NCBI GenBank assembly: GCA_965205265.1
Contig: CBDBGH010000003.1
Location: forward strand, 4,736,001-4,800,000
Length of the DNA: 64,000 nucleotides
Direction of reading: 5' to 3'
DNA from: Alphaproteobacteria bacterium
GTDB taxonomy: Bacteria > Pseudomonadota > Alphaproteobacteria > Bin95
The position numbers and the translations under genes were made by a program. Position 1 is the first letter of the stretch. Each line of letters starts with the position of its first letter. Below the pieces are notes generated by a model. It ran no database searches and was not told the DNA's origin. It saw nothing but the letters and a program-made list of their open reading frames with translations. Positions 51,735 to 60,514 of this stretch are shown here, piece by piece.

Positions 51735-51796
51735 AATGCTATGCATGCGGCGTGAGACAGGGAAAACCGGCGAAAGGCCGGAGAGAGAGGTCACGG

Positions 51797-52042
51797 ATGG
51801 CGGACGAGGGCGGTGTGACGGCGGAGGCGCTCAAGGCGTTTATCGAACGCGTGGAGCGCCTCGAGGAGGAGAAGGCGGGTCTGTCGGCGGATATTCGGGA
51901 GGTCTATGCGGAAGCGAAGGCGAACGGTTTCGACGTGAAAACCATGCGTCAGATCGTGCGGCTGCGGAAGATGGACAGCGCCGACCGGTCGGAGCAGGAG
52001 GCCCTGCTTGAACTCTATATGCGCGCGGTCGGTATGAAATGA
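51797..52042 (+). CDS. gapR: GapR (DUF2312) nucleoid-associated protein
   Basis: [49 protein letters not shown]...[10 protein letters not shown]. Confidence 0.93.
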   Translation: MADEGGVTAEALKAFIERVERLEEEKAGLSADIREVYAEAKANGFDVKTMRQIVRLRKMDSADRSEQEALLELYMRAVGMK

Positions 52043-52305
52043 GAGCGGCCGCGGCCCGGCTCGCCGGCAGGACCTTGAAAGGGCTGTCCGGGCGGCCCGT
52101 GGAGGCGCTGTCGACGGCCTGGCTGCTGACCCTGGTGGCCGGACATGTGGGCGAGGAAGGGACCCCGACCGGTCTGGGGCTGCGCTGGCTTCTTCTGGTT
52201 GTGGCCGGATTCCTGATCGGGACCGCGTGGGCGGGCTGGTTGCGGCAGCGGGCAGCCGAACGCGGAAGAGAGCGCCGGAAGGCGCTCCTGGGCGCCGCTG
52301 AGTAA
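52039..52305 (+). CDS. Small two-TM protein
   Basis: ATGA overlap with gapR; two hydrophobic helices. Confidence 0.6.
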   Translation: MRAAAARLAGRTLKGLSGRPVEALSTAWLLTLVAGHVGEEGTPTGLGLRWLLLVVAGFLIGTAWAGWLRQRAAERGRERRKALLGAAE

Positions 52306-52353
52306 GTCCGGCAGCCGCATTCGTCGCTGCGGTTGCATGGGCGAGAGAGGATC

Positions 52354-52677
52354 ATGTCGTTGAGAGCGATATTGCAGGGTGCCGGGATACCGGTGGCGCT
52401 TGCGGGTGCGACGGTGATGGCTGCCGGGTCCGGTGGCGACACGCGGCAGATTGCCGGTATCGCCGTGTCCCTTCTTGCCCTTCTTGGCAGCGGCCTGATC
52501 TGGGCGGGTGCGGCGCTTGGCGGATGGTGGCGGCGTGCGCCGCCACGAGGGCCGGTACAGCGCGATGCGCCTGAGGGAAGAGGCCTAGCGGTTCGACAGG
52601 ACGGGGTCGAACGGAAGGTCCCGGTCACGCGAGATGAACAGGTCGAGCGCGTTGCGGATCAGCGCTGTCCTGGATGA
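52354..52677 (+). CDS. Small two-TM protein
   Basis: GAGG RBS; two hydrophobic helices; 3' end overlaps a convergent gene. Confidence 0.5.
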   Translation: MSLRAILQGAGIPVALAGATVMAAGSGGDTRQIAGIAVSLLALLGSGLIWAGAALGGWWRRAPPRGPVQRDAPEGRGLAVRQDGVERKVPVTRDEQVERVADQRCPG

Positions 52678-52977
52678 TCGCCCGCCCGTGTTTTCGTCAT
52701 TGGTAATGCGGCGGTCGAGCCGGTCGATCTGGTCGACAAAGAGGTCTATGCCTGTCGTTACGGAAGCCCGGCGTCCAGGCTGGTGAGGGGGCGTGTCCGG
52801 GTTGTTGAGAAAGTCGTCGATCGCCCGGCGGACAAGGGCCGCCCGGGAGTAGGGCATGCCCTGGTGTTCGAGCCGGTCGAGAATCCGGTCGATGGCCTGA
52901 AGCTGATCATCGTAGATCAGTAGTCCGCAACGCTTTTTTTCACGGGCTGCGCGTGCAGGCCGTCTGGAAGACGTCAT
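52585..52977 (-). CDS. Tandem ribbon-helix-helix DNA-binding protein
   Basis: Two repeats: GLLIYDDQLQAIDR...SRAALVRRAIDDFL and GIDLFVDQIDRLDR...SRTALIRNALDLFI. Divergent from dotD. Confidence 0.75.
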   Translation of the reverse strand: MTSSRRPARAAREKKRCGLLIYDDQLQAIDRILDRLEHQGMPYSRAALVRRAIDDFLNNPDTPPHQPGRRASVTTGIDLFVDQIDRLDRRITNDENTGGRSSRTALIRNALDLFISRDRDLPFDPVLSNR

Positions 52978-53069
52978 TCCGAGTTTCCCCATATCTTTGA
53001 TATGGCGGCGGCTGAAGTTTCAATGCAATGCATTATCATCCCCGGCGTGGCGGGGAAAGGAAAAACCCG

Positions 53070-53573
53070 ATGAAGCGAATTCGGCTGCTCCTGTGCTTGT
53101 CGTGCCTGGCGGCCCTGGGAGGCTGCGAGCTTCTCCGGGAAAAACCGGCAATGGAGCCGGCGCAGTCGGCGGAGGGGCTGGCGATCGATCGGGTGATCGC
53201 GTCCGCCATGGAGCGGGCGTCGGAGGCCAACAGCAAGGTCGCGGGCGCGGAGGCGGCGATCATCGCCCCGGAGCGGGCCGGCCCGGGGCAGGAAGTTCCG
53301 CCCGGCGTGAGAGTGCCTCCGGAAATCAGCCAGTCCGTCGATATAGACTGGCAGGGTCCTGTCGAGCCGATGCTGGCGGCACTTGCGGACCGGGCCGGGT
53401 ACGAGTTCCGCGTGGTCGGCGCGGCGCCGGCGACACCGGTGACCGTGAATATCGTTCGCGAACGCACGCCGCTGGTGGAGATCCTGCGCGAAACCGGCAT
53501 CACGATCCACGAACATGGCGACGTGGCGCTGTCTCTCGCCGCTCGCCGGATAGAACTGCGGTACGGTCCGTGA
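53070..53573 (+). CDS. dotD: DotD (TraH) lipoprotein
   Basis: Lipobox LGGC; VDIDWQGPVEPMLAALADRAGYEFRVVG...IELRY. Confidence 0.92.
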   Translation: MKRIRLLLCLSCLAALGGCELLREKPAMEPAQSAEGLAIDRVIASAMERASEANSKVAGAEAAIIAPERAGPGQEVPPGVRVPPEISQSVDIDWQGPVEPMLAALADRAGYEFRVVGAAPATPVTVNIVRERTPLVEILRETGITIHEHGDVALSLAARRIELRYGP

Positions 53574-53602
53574 GGGCCGGACCCGGAAGGAGGTACCCGC
53601 TG

Positions 53603-54538
53603 ATGAATGTCAGCCAGATGCGATGCGTGCGGGTCGGCGTTGCCGTCATGGCCGCGGGTTTTCTTCTGACGGCGTGCGAGACGTCGCGGAAGACGCACTA
53701 TATCGAGCCGAAGATGTCGCCGACGTTGATCGGCGGGCCGGACGTGCTGGTCCGCGATGCGCCGCCGCTGCGGCTCGACCAGGTCGAGATCGGTCTCGAA
53801 ATGGAGGTGCCGGAGCCGATCCCGGCCCTGCGGCGCCAGCAGATGACGGAAGCGGCGCAGGCCTACGGCGCCCAGCGCGGTTACGACCGCAAGGCGTGGG
53901 AAATCGAGAATGCGCTCGAGAGGCGGGCGTCCGGGCTGTCGCAGGTCTTCGATTTCGGGCGCGTGGTCAGCGCGGGTCCGCAGCGGGTCGGCTATGTGAT
54001 CCCTCCGGTGGTGCAGCGCAGTTTCGAGGCGTTCCAGGGCGACGGCATGGAAGCGAGCGCGGCCGACGAGTATCTCGTCGTGCGTGAGCCCGGCAGGATC
54101 CGGGCCGTCGTGCCCAGCTGGCGCGACTGGCTGCTGATGGACCGCCCGGAGCCGAGGCTGCCGCCGAGAAGCCTGCTTCCGAAGACGAAGGAGGAGGAGG
54201 CCCTGTTCCGGCGCGAGTTCCGGGCCGGCTGGAACGCCGGCGAGGAACAGGCCGTGGCCGAGTTGACGGAACGCTTCGCGCGCCTGGGCCGCGACTATGA
54301 GGGCATGCTGCAATACCGGCGCCTGGTTGCGCTCGGCATGATGGACAGCATGGTGATGGACCAGGCCGACTGGGGAGTGACGGTCAACAAGGAGACGGAG
54401 ACGATGCGCATCGGGGCGCGGACGGTGAAGATCGTCGAGGCCGCGGCGTTCCAGGGAGACATCAGGCGCTGGCGGCCGGTTCCGGTCTGGAACGGTCCGC
54501 CGCAGTCCTCGCGCCGCCTGTCTCATCGCGGGAGCTGA
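53603..54538 (+). CDS. dotC: DotC (TraI) lipoprotein
   Basis: Lipobox LTAC; AQAYGAQRG, LSQVFDF, PPVV, PSWRDWL, GWNAGEEQA, RLGRDYEGMLQY. Confidence 0.92.
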   Translation: MNVSQMRCVRVGVAVMAAGFLLTACETSRKTHYIEPKMSPTLIGGPDVLVRDAPPLRLDQVEIGLEMEVPEPIPALRRQQMTEAAQAYGAQRGYDRKAWEIENALERRASGLSQVFDFGRVVSAGPQRVGYVIPPVVQRSFEAFQGDGMEASAADEYLVVREPGRIRAVVPSWRDWLLMDRPEPRLPPRSLLPKTKEEEALFRREFRAGWNAGEEQAVAELTERFARLGRDYEGMLQYRRLVALGMMDSMVMDQADWGVTVNKETETMRIGARTVKIVEAAAFQGDIRRWRPVPVWNGPPQSSRRLSHRGS

Positions 54539-54554
54539 CGCAGAGCCTGTCGCC

Positions 54555-55907
54555 ATGTGGGGCAAATTGTTTGAGGAACGGGGTGAGGCCGTGGTCTCAG
54601 ATGTCGATGAGGGACGGCTCTCGCCTGCGTCCGGCGTCCGTCATGGAGCCGAAGGCCTGCGGAGCATGGAACGGTTCCGCAAGGTGGAACCGGGCGTCGA
54701 GGAGGCCCGGAGGATCGAGGTGAACCGCACCCTGCCGTTTCAGGAGGTGTTCGACGAGGAGCCGACGCGCCTGAATTCGGCCGACCTGCGAACCCTGCTG
54801 CTGTCCTGCGTGTTCTCCGGGGCTTCGGACATCACGGTGCAGACGGACAGGCATGTCCGGGCGGAGATCCACGGCCATCTCTATCTGATGACCAGAAGGC
54901 CGCTGGGAGATGCCGAGGTCCGCGACATCCTTGTGGAATCCTATGGAGGTCCGGCCGCCGGGTCGGTTGCCGATCCCGAGCTGAAAAGCATGAAGGTGCT
55001 GGACTACAGTTACGAGATCAGGCTTCTCGACGGGCGCCGCCAGCGGTTCCGGTGCAATGCCACCGGTGTCCATGCGTCAGGCGATTTCGGCATCGAAATC
55101 ACGTTCCGGGCCCTTCCGTGGGAGACCCCGGATATCTCGACGGTAGGGCTGGGCCAGGACATGCTGGCGGCGATGATGCCGCGCGATGGCCTTGTCGTGG
55201 TCGCGGGTGCGACCGGGCACGGCAAATCCACGACGCTGGCCGCCGTGATCCGGGAGCTGCTGCAGGACAGCGAGCGCCCGAAAAAGATCGTGGATATCCA
55301 GGCGCCGATCGAGTTCACGTTCGAGGATATCTGGCACTCTCCCTCGGAGAGTCGGCACTGTTTGTCGACGATCGGCCAGTCCGAGGTCGGGCGGCATATC
55401 AGGACCTTTGCGGAGGGCGTGCGCTCGGCGCTGCGCCGGAAGCCGCACGTCATCTGCGTGGGCGAGGCCCGCGACTACGAGACGATTTCGGCGAGTCTGG
55501 AGGCGGCGATAACGGGGCACCTCGTCTATACGACCACGCATGCGGGTTCGGTGTCCGACGTCATGCGCCGACTTCTCGCGGTGTTCCCGTCGGCCGAGCG
55601 CGAGGCCCGGGCCTACGACCTGATTTCGGCCGTGCGGATGATGATGGTGCAGGTCCTGGCGCCGAGGCGTGCCCAGGCCGGCGGCGGGCGCATCCCGGTC
55701 CGTGAGTTCCTCGTGGTCACGGAAACGTTGCGCGAGGAGATGCTGTCGCAGGCTCCGCAGCAGTGGCCGGCAATCCTGGTGAGCGAAATGAACAAGCCGG
55801 GCGACGTGACAAGGGAAAGCCTGACCGATCATGCCGGGCGCCTGTTCGAGGCAGGCCAGATCACCGCGGATGACAGACGACGCCTGACGAGAGGAGCGTT
55901 CGGGTAG
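54555..55907 (+). CDS. dotB: DotB (TraJ) PilT-like ATPase
   Basis: ASDITVQT, RFRCNA, GATGHGKST, PIEF, QSEV, ALRRKP, VGEARD, TGHLVYTTTH. Confidence 0.95.
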   Translation: MWGKLFEERGEAVVSDVDEGRLSPASGVRHGAEGLRSMERFRKVEPGVEEARRIEVNRTLPFQEVFDEEPTRLNSADLRTLLLSCVFSGASDITVQTDRHVRAEIHGHLYLMTRRPLGDAEVRDILVESYGGPAAGSVADPELKSMKVLDYSYEIRLLDGRRQRFRCNATGVHASGDFGIEITFRALPWETPDISTVGLGQDMLAAMMPRDGLVVVAGATGHGKSTTLAAVIRELLQDSERPKKIVDIQAPIEFTFEDIWHSPSESRHCLSTIGQSEVGRHIRTFAEGVRSALRRKPHVICVGEARDYETISASLEAAITGHLVYTTTHAGSVSDVMRRLLAVFPSAEREARAYDLISAVRMMMVQVLAPRRAQAGGGRIPVREFLVVTETLREEMLSQAPQQWPAILVSEMNKPGDVTRESLTDHAGRLFEAGQITADDRRRLTRGAFG

Positions 55908-56330
55908 ATGTGGCGTTTCGACGATGCGGCGTTTTTCCGGGACACGCAGATTCCGGCGCGATTCCTGCTGTTCGACAGCAAGCTCACGGCGGTTGTGTTT
56001 CTGGTGCTCGTGCATTTCCGTATCTGGACGATCGCAACGATGGTCATCGTTCTTGCGGTGTTCACATGGGTGGAATGGCGCGGCATGCGCGTCGACAACG
56101 CCGTGAGACGGGTCCGGTCGCTGTTTGCCGGACGGTTGCGGCATGCGCGCGGTCCGGCGATGCGCCGGCGGGTGTCGGACATAACGTGGCAGGCGAGCCT
56201 GCCGCTGTCGGCGTTCGGCCTGGCCGAAGCTGCCGTGGAAGGTGCGGGGAACGGGGAAGCGCAGGCCGTCGCCCGCCGGCGCTGGCGGTGGAGGCCATGG
56301 CGGCGACCGAAAGGGGAAGCGGCGGCATGA
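55908..56330 (+). CDS. icmT: IcmT (TraK)
   Basis: FRDTQIPARFLLFD...LVHFRIWT...EWRGMRVDNAVRRVRS; follows dotB. Confidence 0.85.
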   Translation: MWRFDDAAFFRDTQIPARFLLFDSKLTAVVFLVLVHFRIWTIATMVIVLAVFTWVEWRGMRVDNAVRRVRSLFAGRLRHARGPAMRRRVSDITWQASLPLSAFGLAEAAVEGAGNGEAQAVARRRWRWRPWRRPKGEAAA

Positions 56331-57061
56331 AAAGCCTGCGGGAAACGTTTATGGAGCATGCGCCGCGGCTGGCCGAGCGAACGCCGGCGGACGGTGGCGA
56401 GGATGCAGGAGGGAGGGGCCCGGAGTGGGACAGTTACAGCGAGGTCCTGAGGGAAATGGCCGAGGAGGCGGATCCGGGCGACGGGGACTTCGCCACCTTC
56501 CCGCATTCGGCCGCCGAAGAGCCCGAGGGCGACGCCCGGCCCGGCCTTGCGGGGCTGGTAAGCCGCATGCCGGAAATGGAGGACCTCGACAGGGAGAACG
56601 AGCGCAACAGGGAATTCTATCTTCTGGAGCTTCCCGCCTCTGCCACGGGCGGGGCGCCTGACACGGTGGAGATACGGGTGGATATCGGCCAGACCGTCTT
56701 TGCGGTCTTCGGGACCGACGGGGTGTGCGAGCAGCGGTTTGCGGTGGACAGCGGATGGGCTGTCTGCTGCCGGTATCCGATAAGCAGCGACGGCCGGATC
56801 ATCCGCCTGAAGCGGACCGGGGAGATCGAGGCGGCCGTTTGCGGGCGGCTCGCGGCATATGGGGATCCCGTCGATACAGGCGACCTGACAGCGTTCCTGG
56901 ACGGGCACATTGCCCGTATCGTGTCGTTCGGGCTGGACAGGATGATCGTGTCGGCCCTGCGCTATCGCGATGTGGTGGTGCGTGGGCCGGAGTGGCTGCG
57001 TCCGGCCATGGAAGGCACGCGGGCGCTGTTGCCGCATTTGCGGATTGGCGAAGGTTTTTGA
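56327..57061 (+). CDS. Hypothetical protein coupled to icmT
   Basis: ATGA overlap; acidic N-terminal half. Confidence 0.7.
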   Translation: MKSLRETFMEHAPRLAERTPADGGEDAGGRGPEWDSYSEVLREMAEEADPGDGDFATFPHSAAEEPEGDARPGLAGLVSRMPEMEDLDRENERNREFYLLELPASATGGAPDTVEIRVDIGQTVFAVFGTDGVCEQRFAVDSGWAVCCRYPISSDGRIIRLKRTGEIEAAVCGRLAAYGDPVDTGDLTAFLDGHIARIVSFGLDRMIVSALRYRDVVVRGPEWLRPAMEGTRALLPHLRIGEGF

Positions 57062-57068
57062 GGACGGC

Positions 57069-57356
57069 ATGCGCGCGGAACGCATATTCATCGCGGCCGC
57101 CGCCATTTCGGCGGTCTTCGCCGGAATGGCGGCGGCCGCGCCCTCGGCGCGGGCCGAGTTCTACTGGGAGGGTCTTCTGCCCTTCGTTCGGCACGACGTC
57201 GAGCTGACGGTGCGCGGCATGGAATGCGGGAGAAATTGTCCCCGACAGGGGCCGGGGAAGGAAGAAACGCGTCCCCCGCCCCTGCCGGGCGAAGGCGCGC
57301 TGGATTGGCTGATCGGTCCCGATGGCGGGGCGGCGCGAGACAAGAGGAGCAGGTAG
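57069..57356 (+). CDS. Small exported protein
   Basis: GAGG RBS; signal peptide ending ARA. Confidence 0.55.
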   Translation: MRAERIFIAAAAISAVFAGMAAAAPSARAEFYWEGLLPFVRHDVELTVRGMECGRNCPRQGPGKEETRPPPLPGEGALDWLIGPDGGAARDKRSR

Positions 57357-57358
57357 CC

Positions 57359-57799
57359 ATGGCCGAAACCGCAAGGCGGAGTCAGGAACGCGGCGGCTTC
57401 TCCGAGCGCATGAGAGGGTGGCTGGGCGGGGCGGGGACGGACCCGGTGTCCGGAAACGACGGCCTGGACGAGATCGAGGAGATCCCGTTCGGCCCGCCGG
57501 GTTTCCTGTCGGAGGCGCAGGCCGGAGGCGACGAGTTGCCGCCGGAGGCTGCGGAGGCCCTGGAGCAGGCGATGCTGGGCGGACTGCGGGAACCGGACCG
57601 GGCGCCGTCTCCGCTGGAGAGGCAGACCGAGGCGGAGATGTTCAGCGATTCGGAACTGTTTATGGAAGCGTGCGAGAAATTCAGGATGGCGAGCGAGGCG
57701 TTCTACGATGCCGGGGAACTGTTGAGGAAGTTCGCCGAACGGCAGGCGGTGCCGAGCCCGGACGTTCGCGGTGCCGGGAAGGAGCCCCGGGCGGAATGA
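57359..57799 (+). CDS. Hypothetical acidic protein
   Basis: GAGGAG/AGGT upstream; starts right after the previous stop. Confidence 0.6.
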   Translation: MAETARRSQERGGFSERMRGWLGGAGTDPVSGNDGLDEIEEIPFGPPGFLSEAQAGGDELPPEAAEALEQAMLGGLREPDRAPSPLERQTEAEMFSDSELFMEACEKFRMASEAFYDAGELLRKFAERQAVPSPDVRGAGKEPRAE

Positions 57800-57887
57800 G
57801 GCGCCGCGCCGCAAGGCTGGAGAGGGGTGCCGGCGACGCGGCGCCCGGGCCGGATCCTGAATAATCCGGTGACTAATAGGTTCGTTA

Positions 57888-57900
57888 TATCAATCACTTG
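57888..57900 (+). promoter_or_regulatory. IHF-consensus site in AT-rich intergenic region
   Basis: TATCAATCACTTG matches WATCAANNNNTTR. Confidence 0.5.
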
Positions 57901-57993
57901 CGGGTTTTTCACAATTTTCATGCCTCTGGAGATTGAGGCGCTTGCGGGATAGGCGGATTGTGCCCGGTGAATTGTTGCCCGGGAGATGGCGGA

Positions 57994-58428
57994 ATGTTGT
58001 TCGAGACGGGTCATCAGCCACAGGGAATGGAGATTGCGGCGCAGTCCCTGATGGAGCGGGAGGATGGATGGCCGTTGCCGAGGGTCGCGGTGACGAGCGA
58101 CCAGGTTGCGGAGGAGGACAGTCTGGTGTCGGCGCTGCTGGAGCATACGCTGGAGTTGACGGACGCGGATCTCGACGATCCGGCGGCCTGCCGTGAGGTC
58201 CTGCTTGCCTGTTATGCGCTCAGGGCGCAGTCAAGGTTGCGGTTCTTCCTGTCGCTCATCCGAGTGGACGCCGACCGTTACGCCGCCATCGTCGCTACCG
58301 TCGACGGGGTCATAAGGCTCGGGGCCGTCGCCCCGGTCGCCGAACTCATGCGCCTCATCCTGCTCCAGGACATCATGGAGCCGGGGCGGCGCAGACGGGT
58401 CGCCGGCCGGCTGCAGCGGGCGGCGTAG
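57994..58428 (+). CDS. IcmW-like protein
   Basis: 144 aa, helical. LMEREDGWPL, ALRAQSRLRFFLSL and LMRLILLQDIMEPGRRRRV follow, from memory, the MExxExW, xxxLRLL and RxxLLxxVFxxxRLxxV pattern of IcmW. Confidence 0.6.
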   Translation: MLFETGHQPQGMEIAAQSLMEREDGWPLPRVAVTSDQVAEEDSLVSALLEHTLELTDADLDDPAACREVLLACYALRAQSRLRFFLSLIRVDADRYAAIVATVDGVIRLGAVAPVAELMRLILLQDIMEPGRRRRVAGRLQRAA

Positions 58429-60402
58429 CTCTCCGGGCGCAGGCCTTATACCGGTCCAGTCGAACGTCGGTTCCGACCCGCCGGCCAGGGGAGGCCCGGG
58501 AAGAGGCACTTCCTCGGCCGGCTGGGCGTCCGGAGACCCGTCGGTTCCTGTCGGGGCAGGCGCTCCGGAATCGGAAGCCAGGGCTCCCGGGGCGGGGCCG
58601 CCGATGGCTTGCCCGGATGTCGGCGGACTGCCCCCGGGAGCCTGACGGGGCGGGGCCGCCGCAGGCGGCGGTTCCAGTTCCGCCGCGAGAAGATCGGCAA
58701 GCCGGCCCCGCAGGGCGTCGGGCAATTCCTCGAAGAGGCGCTCGAGCCGGGCTCGCATGGCCTCTTCCAGGGACTCCTGGCCGGATTCCGCGGGGGTCTC
58801 GATCAGCCGGGCTATCAGGCGGGCCGTGCGCGGGTTGCGGAAGCTGTCGGCAATGCGGCGGAAGGCCCGCTCGGCCTGGGGAGTGAGTTCCGGAAGGTCG
58901 AAAGGGGAGGGCTGGAAGACAATCCCGTCCTCGATGGCCCGGCTCGCATGCTGCGCATAGGTCGAGGGTCGGCCCAGCTCCTCGATGGCAAGGCCCTCGA
59001 CAAGGATCGTGTCGAGCGGCCATGGCCGGGCTCCGGTGGTCATCATGCGTCCCCAGCGCGGCTGGGGGCCCTCTTCGATTTCCCATTCGATATCCGCAAG
59101 CAGCGCGGAGTCTTCCGGGGACATCTGTCCGTCATCGGCGGGCGCCCAGGTTCCGGGGCTGACGCGGGCCTCCATGCAACCCTCGAGAAGCCGACGGGTG
59201 GCCATGACGGGGACGGACTCCCTGGCGGACACAGGGGTCGAAAAGTCAGGAGGGCGTTTCAGCACGGGGCCAGCGGAAGCCGGCGGAAAGGCGGGGAGGA
59301 TCGGCGGGTGGCTGTCCCGTGCGGGATGGCTGCGGCCCGGGAACCGGGCGGCCCGGGACAGGGTGTCATGGAGCTGGCGCTCCGGGTCGCCCTCGACGCC
59401 GGCCGTGTAGGCGAGCGCAAGCACGGACGGGATGAGGCTCTCGTCGATCAGACGGCCCTCCGTGCGGGGATAGGAGATATCGCCGGCCATGTAGGCGTCC
59501 TGCATCGCCTGCATGCAGTGCTGCACGGCGACGCCATGCTGGCGGCCCGCATGAACGAGGAGGTCGGCGGTGTGATAGGGCGGCGTCGTGCCGTAGCGCG
59601 GCGCGACGGCGGCGCCGGCAGCCCGGAGCGGCGAGACGGTCCCGGGCACGGGCCGACCCTCGAAACGGCGGACCAGGTCAAGCAGGCCTGTCGGCGGCGG
59701 ACCGTGCAGCACCAGGCGGGCGCGGGCCAGTCGTCCGGGACGGCCGGACTGGCGACAGGCCAGGAAGATCTCGCCGGTCTCCGGCAGGAGCGTCCCCGGC
59801 CCGGCCATGCGCCATTGCGCGACCATGCCGAGAAGCCCGGCGCGCACGCGCCCGCAGGCGATGCCGGTGCGCCGGGTCAACAGGGCGCCGATCCAGCGGT
59901 CGAGGGCCGCCCTGAAGCGCCCTTCCACGGCCCGGTGCTCAAGGCTGCCGGCGCCGCCGGCGATGGCGATGGGCCCTGCCTCCAGGCCGGCGGACAGTGC
60001 CCTTTCCCATGCGGTTCGTGTAATGGCCGCGGGAAAGACGCGGTGGAGGCGGCTGACGGCCTCGGGCGCGAGGCGCTGCACCGCGAGAGCGGCGTCGAGG
60101 GCAATGACGTCGCCCTCGGCGTCGTTGTCCGTGGCGAGCACGACGGTGGCGCGCGGATAGTCGCGCAGGGCGCTGTGCAGGCGTTTCTCGAAGCGTGCGG
60201 CATGAGCGAGAGGCCGGCGGCCGGGTTCGCGGAGACGGCCCGGTTCGGGCCGCAGGCCTATCGGGAAGACGCCGGGGAACCCGGCCAGATGGCCCTGCGT
60301 GGGTATCGTGCGGGCGATGTGCCCGAGATCCTCGTTGAGGATTCGGTCGATGGCCCCGGTCTTGCCGGGGGCTTCGACGATGACGAGAAGCGCACTGTTC
60401 AT
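58231..60402 (-). CDS. Type IA DNA topoisomerase (divergent)
   Basis: Toprim IVEAPGK, TQGHL and LATDNDAEGDVIA; CGRV; catalytic ISYPRTE; LGRPSTYA. The low-complexity tail overlaps the icmW-like gene antisense. Confidence 0.88.
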   Translation of the reverse strand: MNSALLVIVEAPGKTGAIDRILNEDLGHIARTIPTQGHLAGFPGVFPIGLRPEPGRLREPGRRPLAHAARFEKRLHSALRDYPRATVVLATDNDAEGDVIALDAALAVQRLAPEAVSRLHRVFPAAITRTAWERALSAGLEAGPIAIAGGAGSLEHRAVEGRFRAALDRWIGALLTRRTGIACGRVRAGLLGMVAQWRMAGPGTLLPETGEIFLACRQSGRPGRLARARLVLHGPPPTGLLDLVRRFEGRPVPGTVSPLRAAGAAVAPRYGTTPPYHTADLLVHAGRQHGVAVQHCMQAMQDAYMAGDISYPRTEGRLIDESLIPSVLALAYTAGVEGDPERQLHDTLSRAARFPGRSHPARDSHPPILPAFPPASAGPVLKRPPDFSTPVSARESVPVMATRRLLEGCMEARVSPGTWAPADDGQMSPEDSALLADIEWEIEEGPQPRWGRMMTTGARPWPLDTILVEGLAIEELGRPSTYAQHASRAIEDGIVFQPSPFDLPELTPQAERAFRRIADSFRNPRTARLIARLIETPAESGQESLEEAMRARLERLFEELPDALRGRLADLLAAELEPPPAAAPPRQAPGGSPPTSGQAIGGPAPGALASDSGAPAPTGTDGSPDAQPAEEVPLPGPPLAGGSEPTFDWTGIRPAPGELRRPLQPAGDPSAPPRLHDVLEQDEAHEFGDRGDGPEPYDPVDGSDDGGVTVGVHSDERQEEPQP

Positions 60403-60514
60403 GCGAACCGTATATAGGAGAATGTCGCCTGCGGGCGAGAGCCGGTTCGGGTTTTCATGCGAACGCCCTAGACTGGCGGCGCGCGGTCGTGAGGATCCGG
60501 AAGGGAGCGGTGCG

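Noticed and set aside
58231-58428. Functional antisense overlap of topoisomerase and icmW-like genes
   Set aside because: The overlapping topoisomerase tail is low-complexity and probably a stop-codon drift; nothing indicates function.
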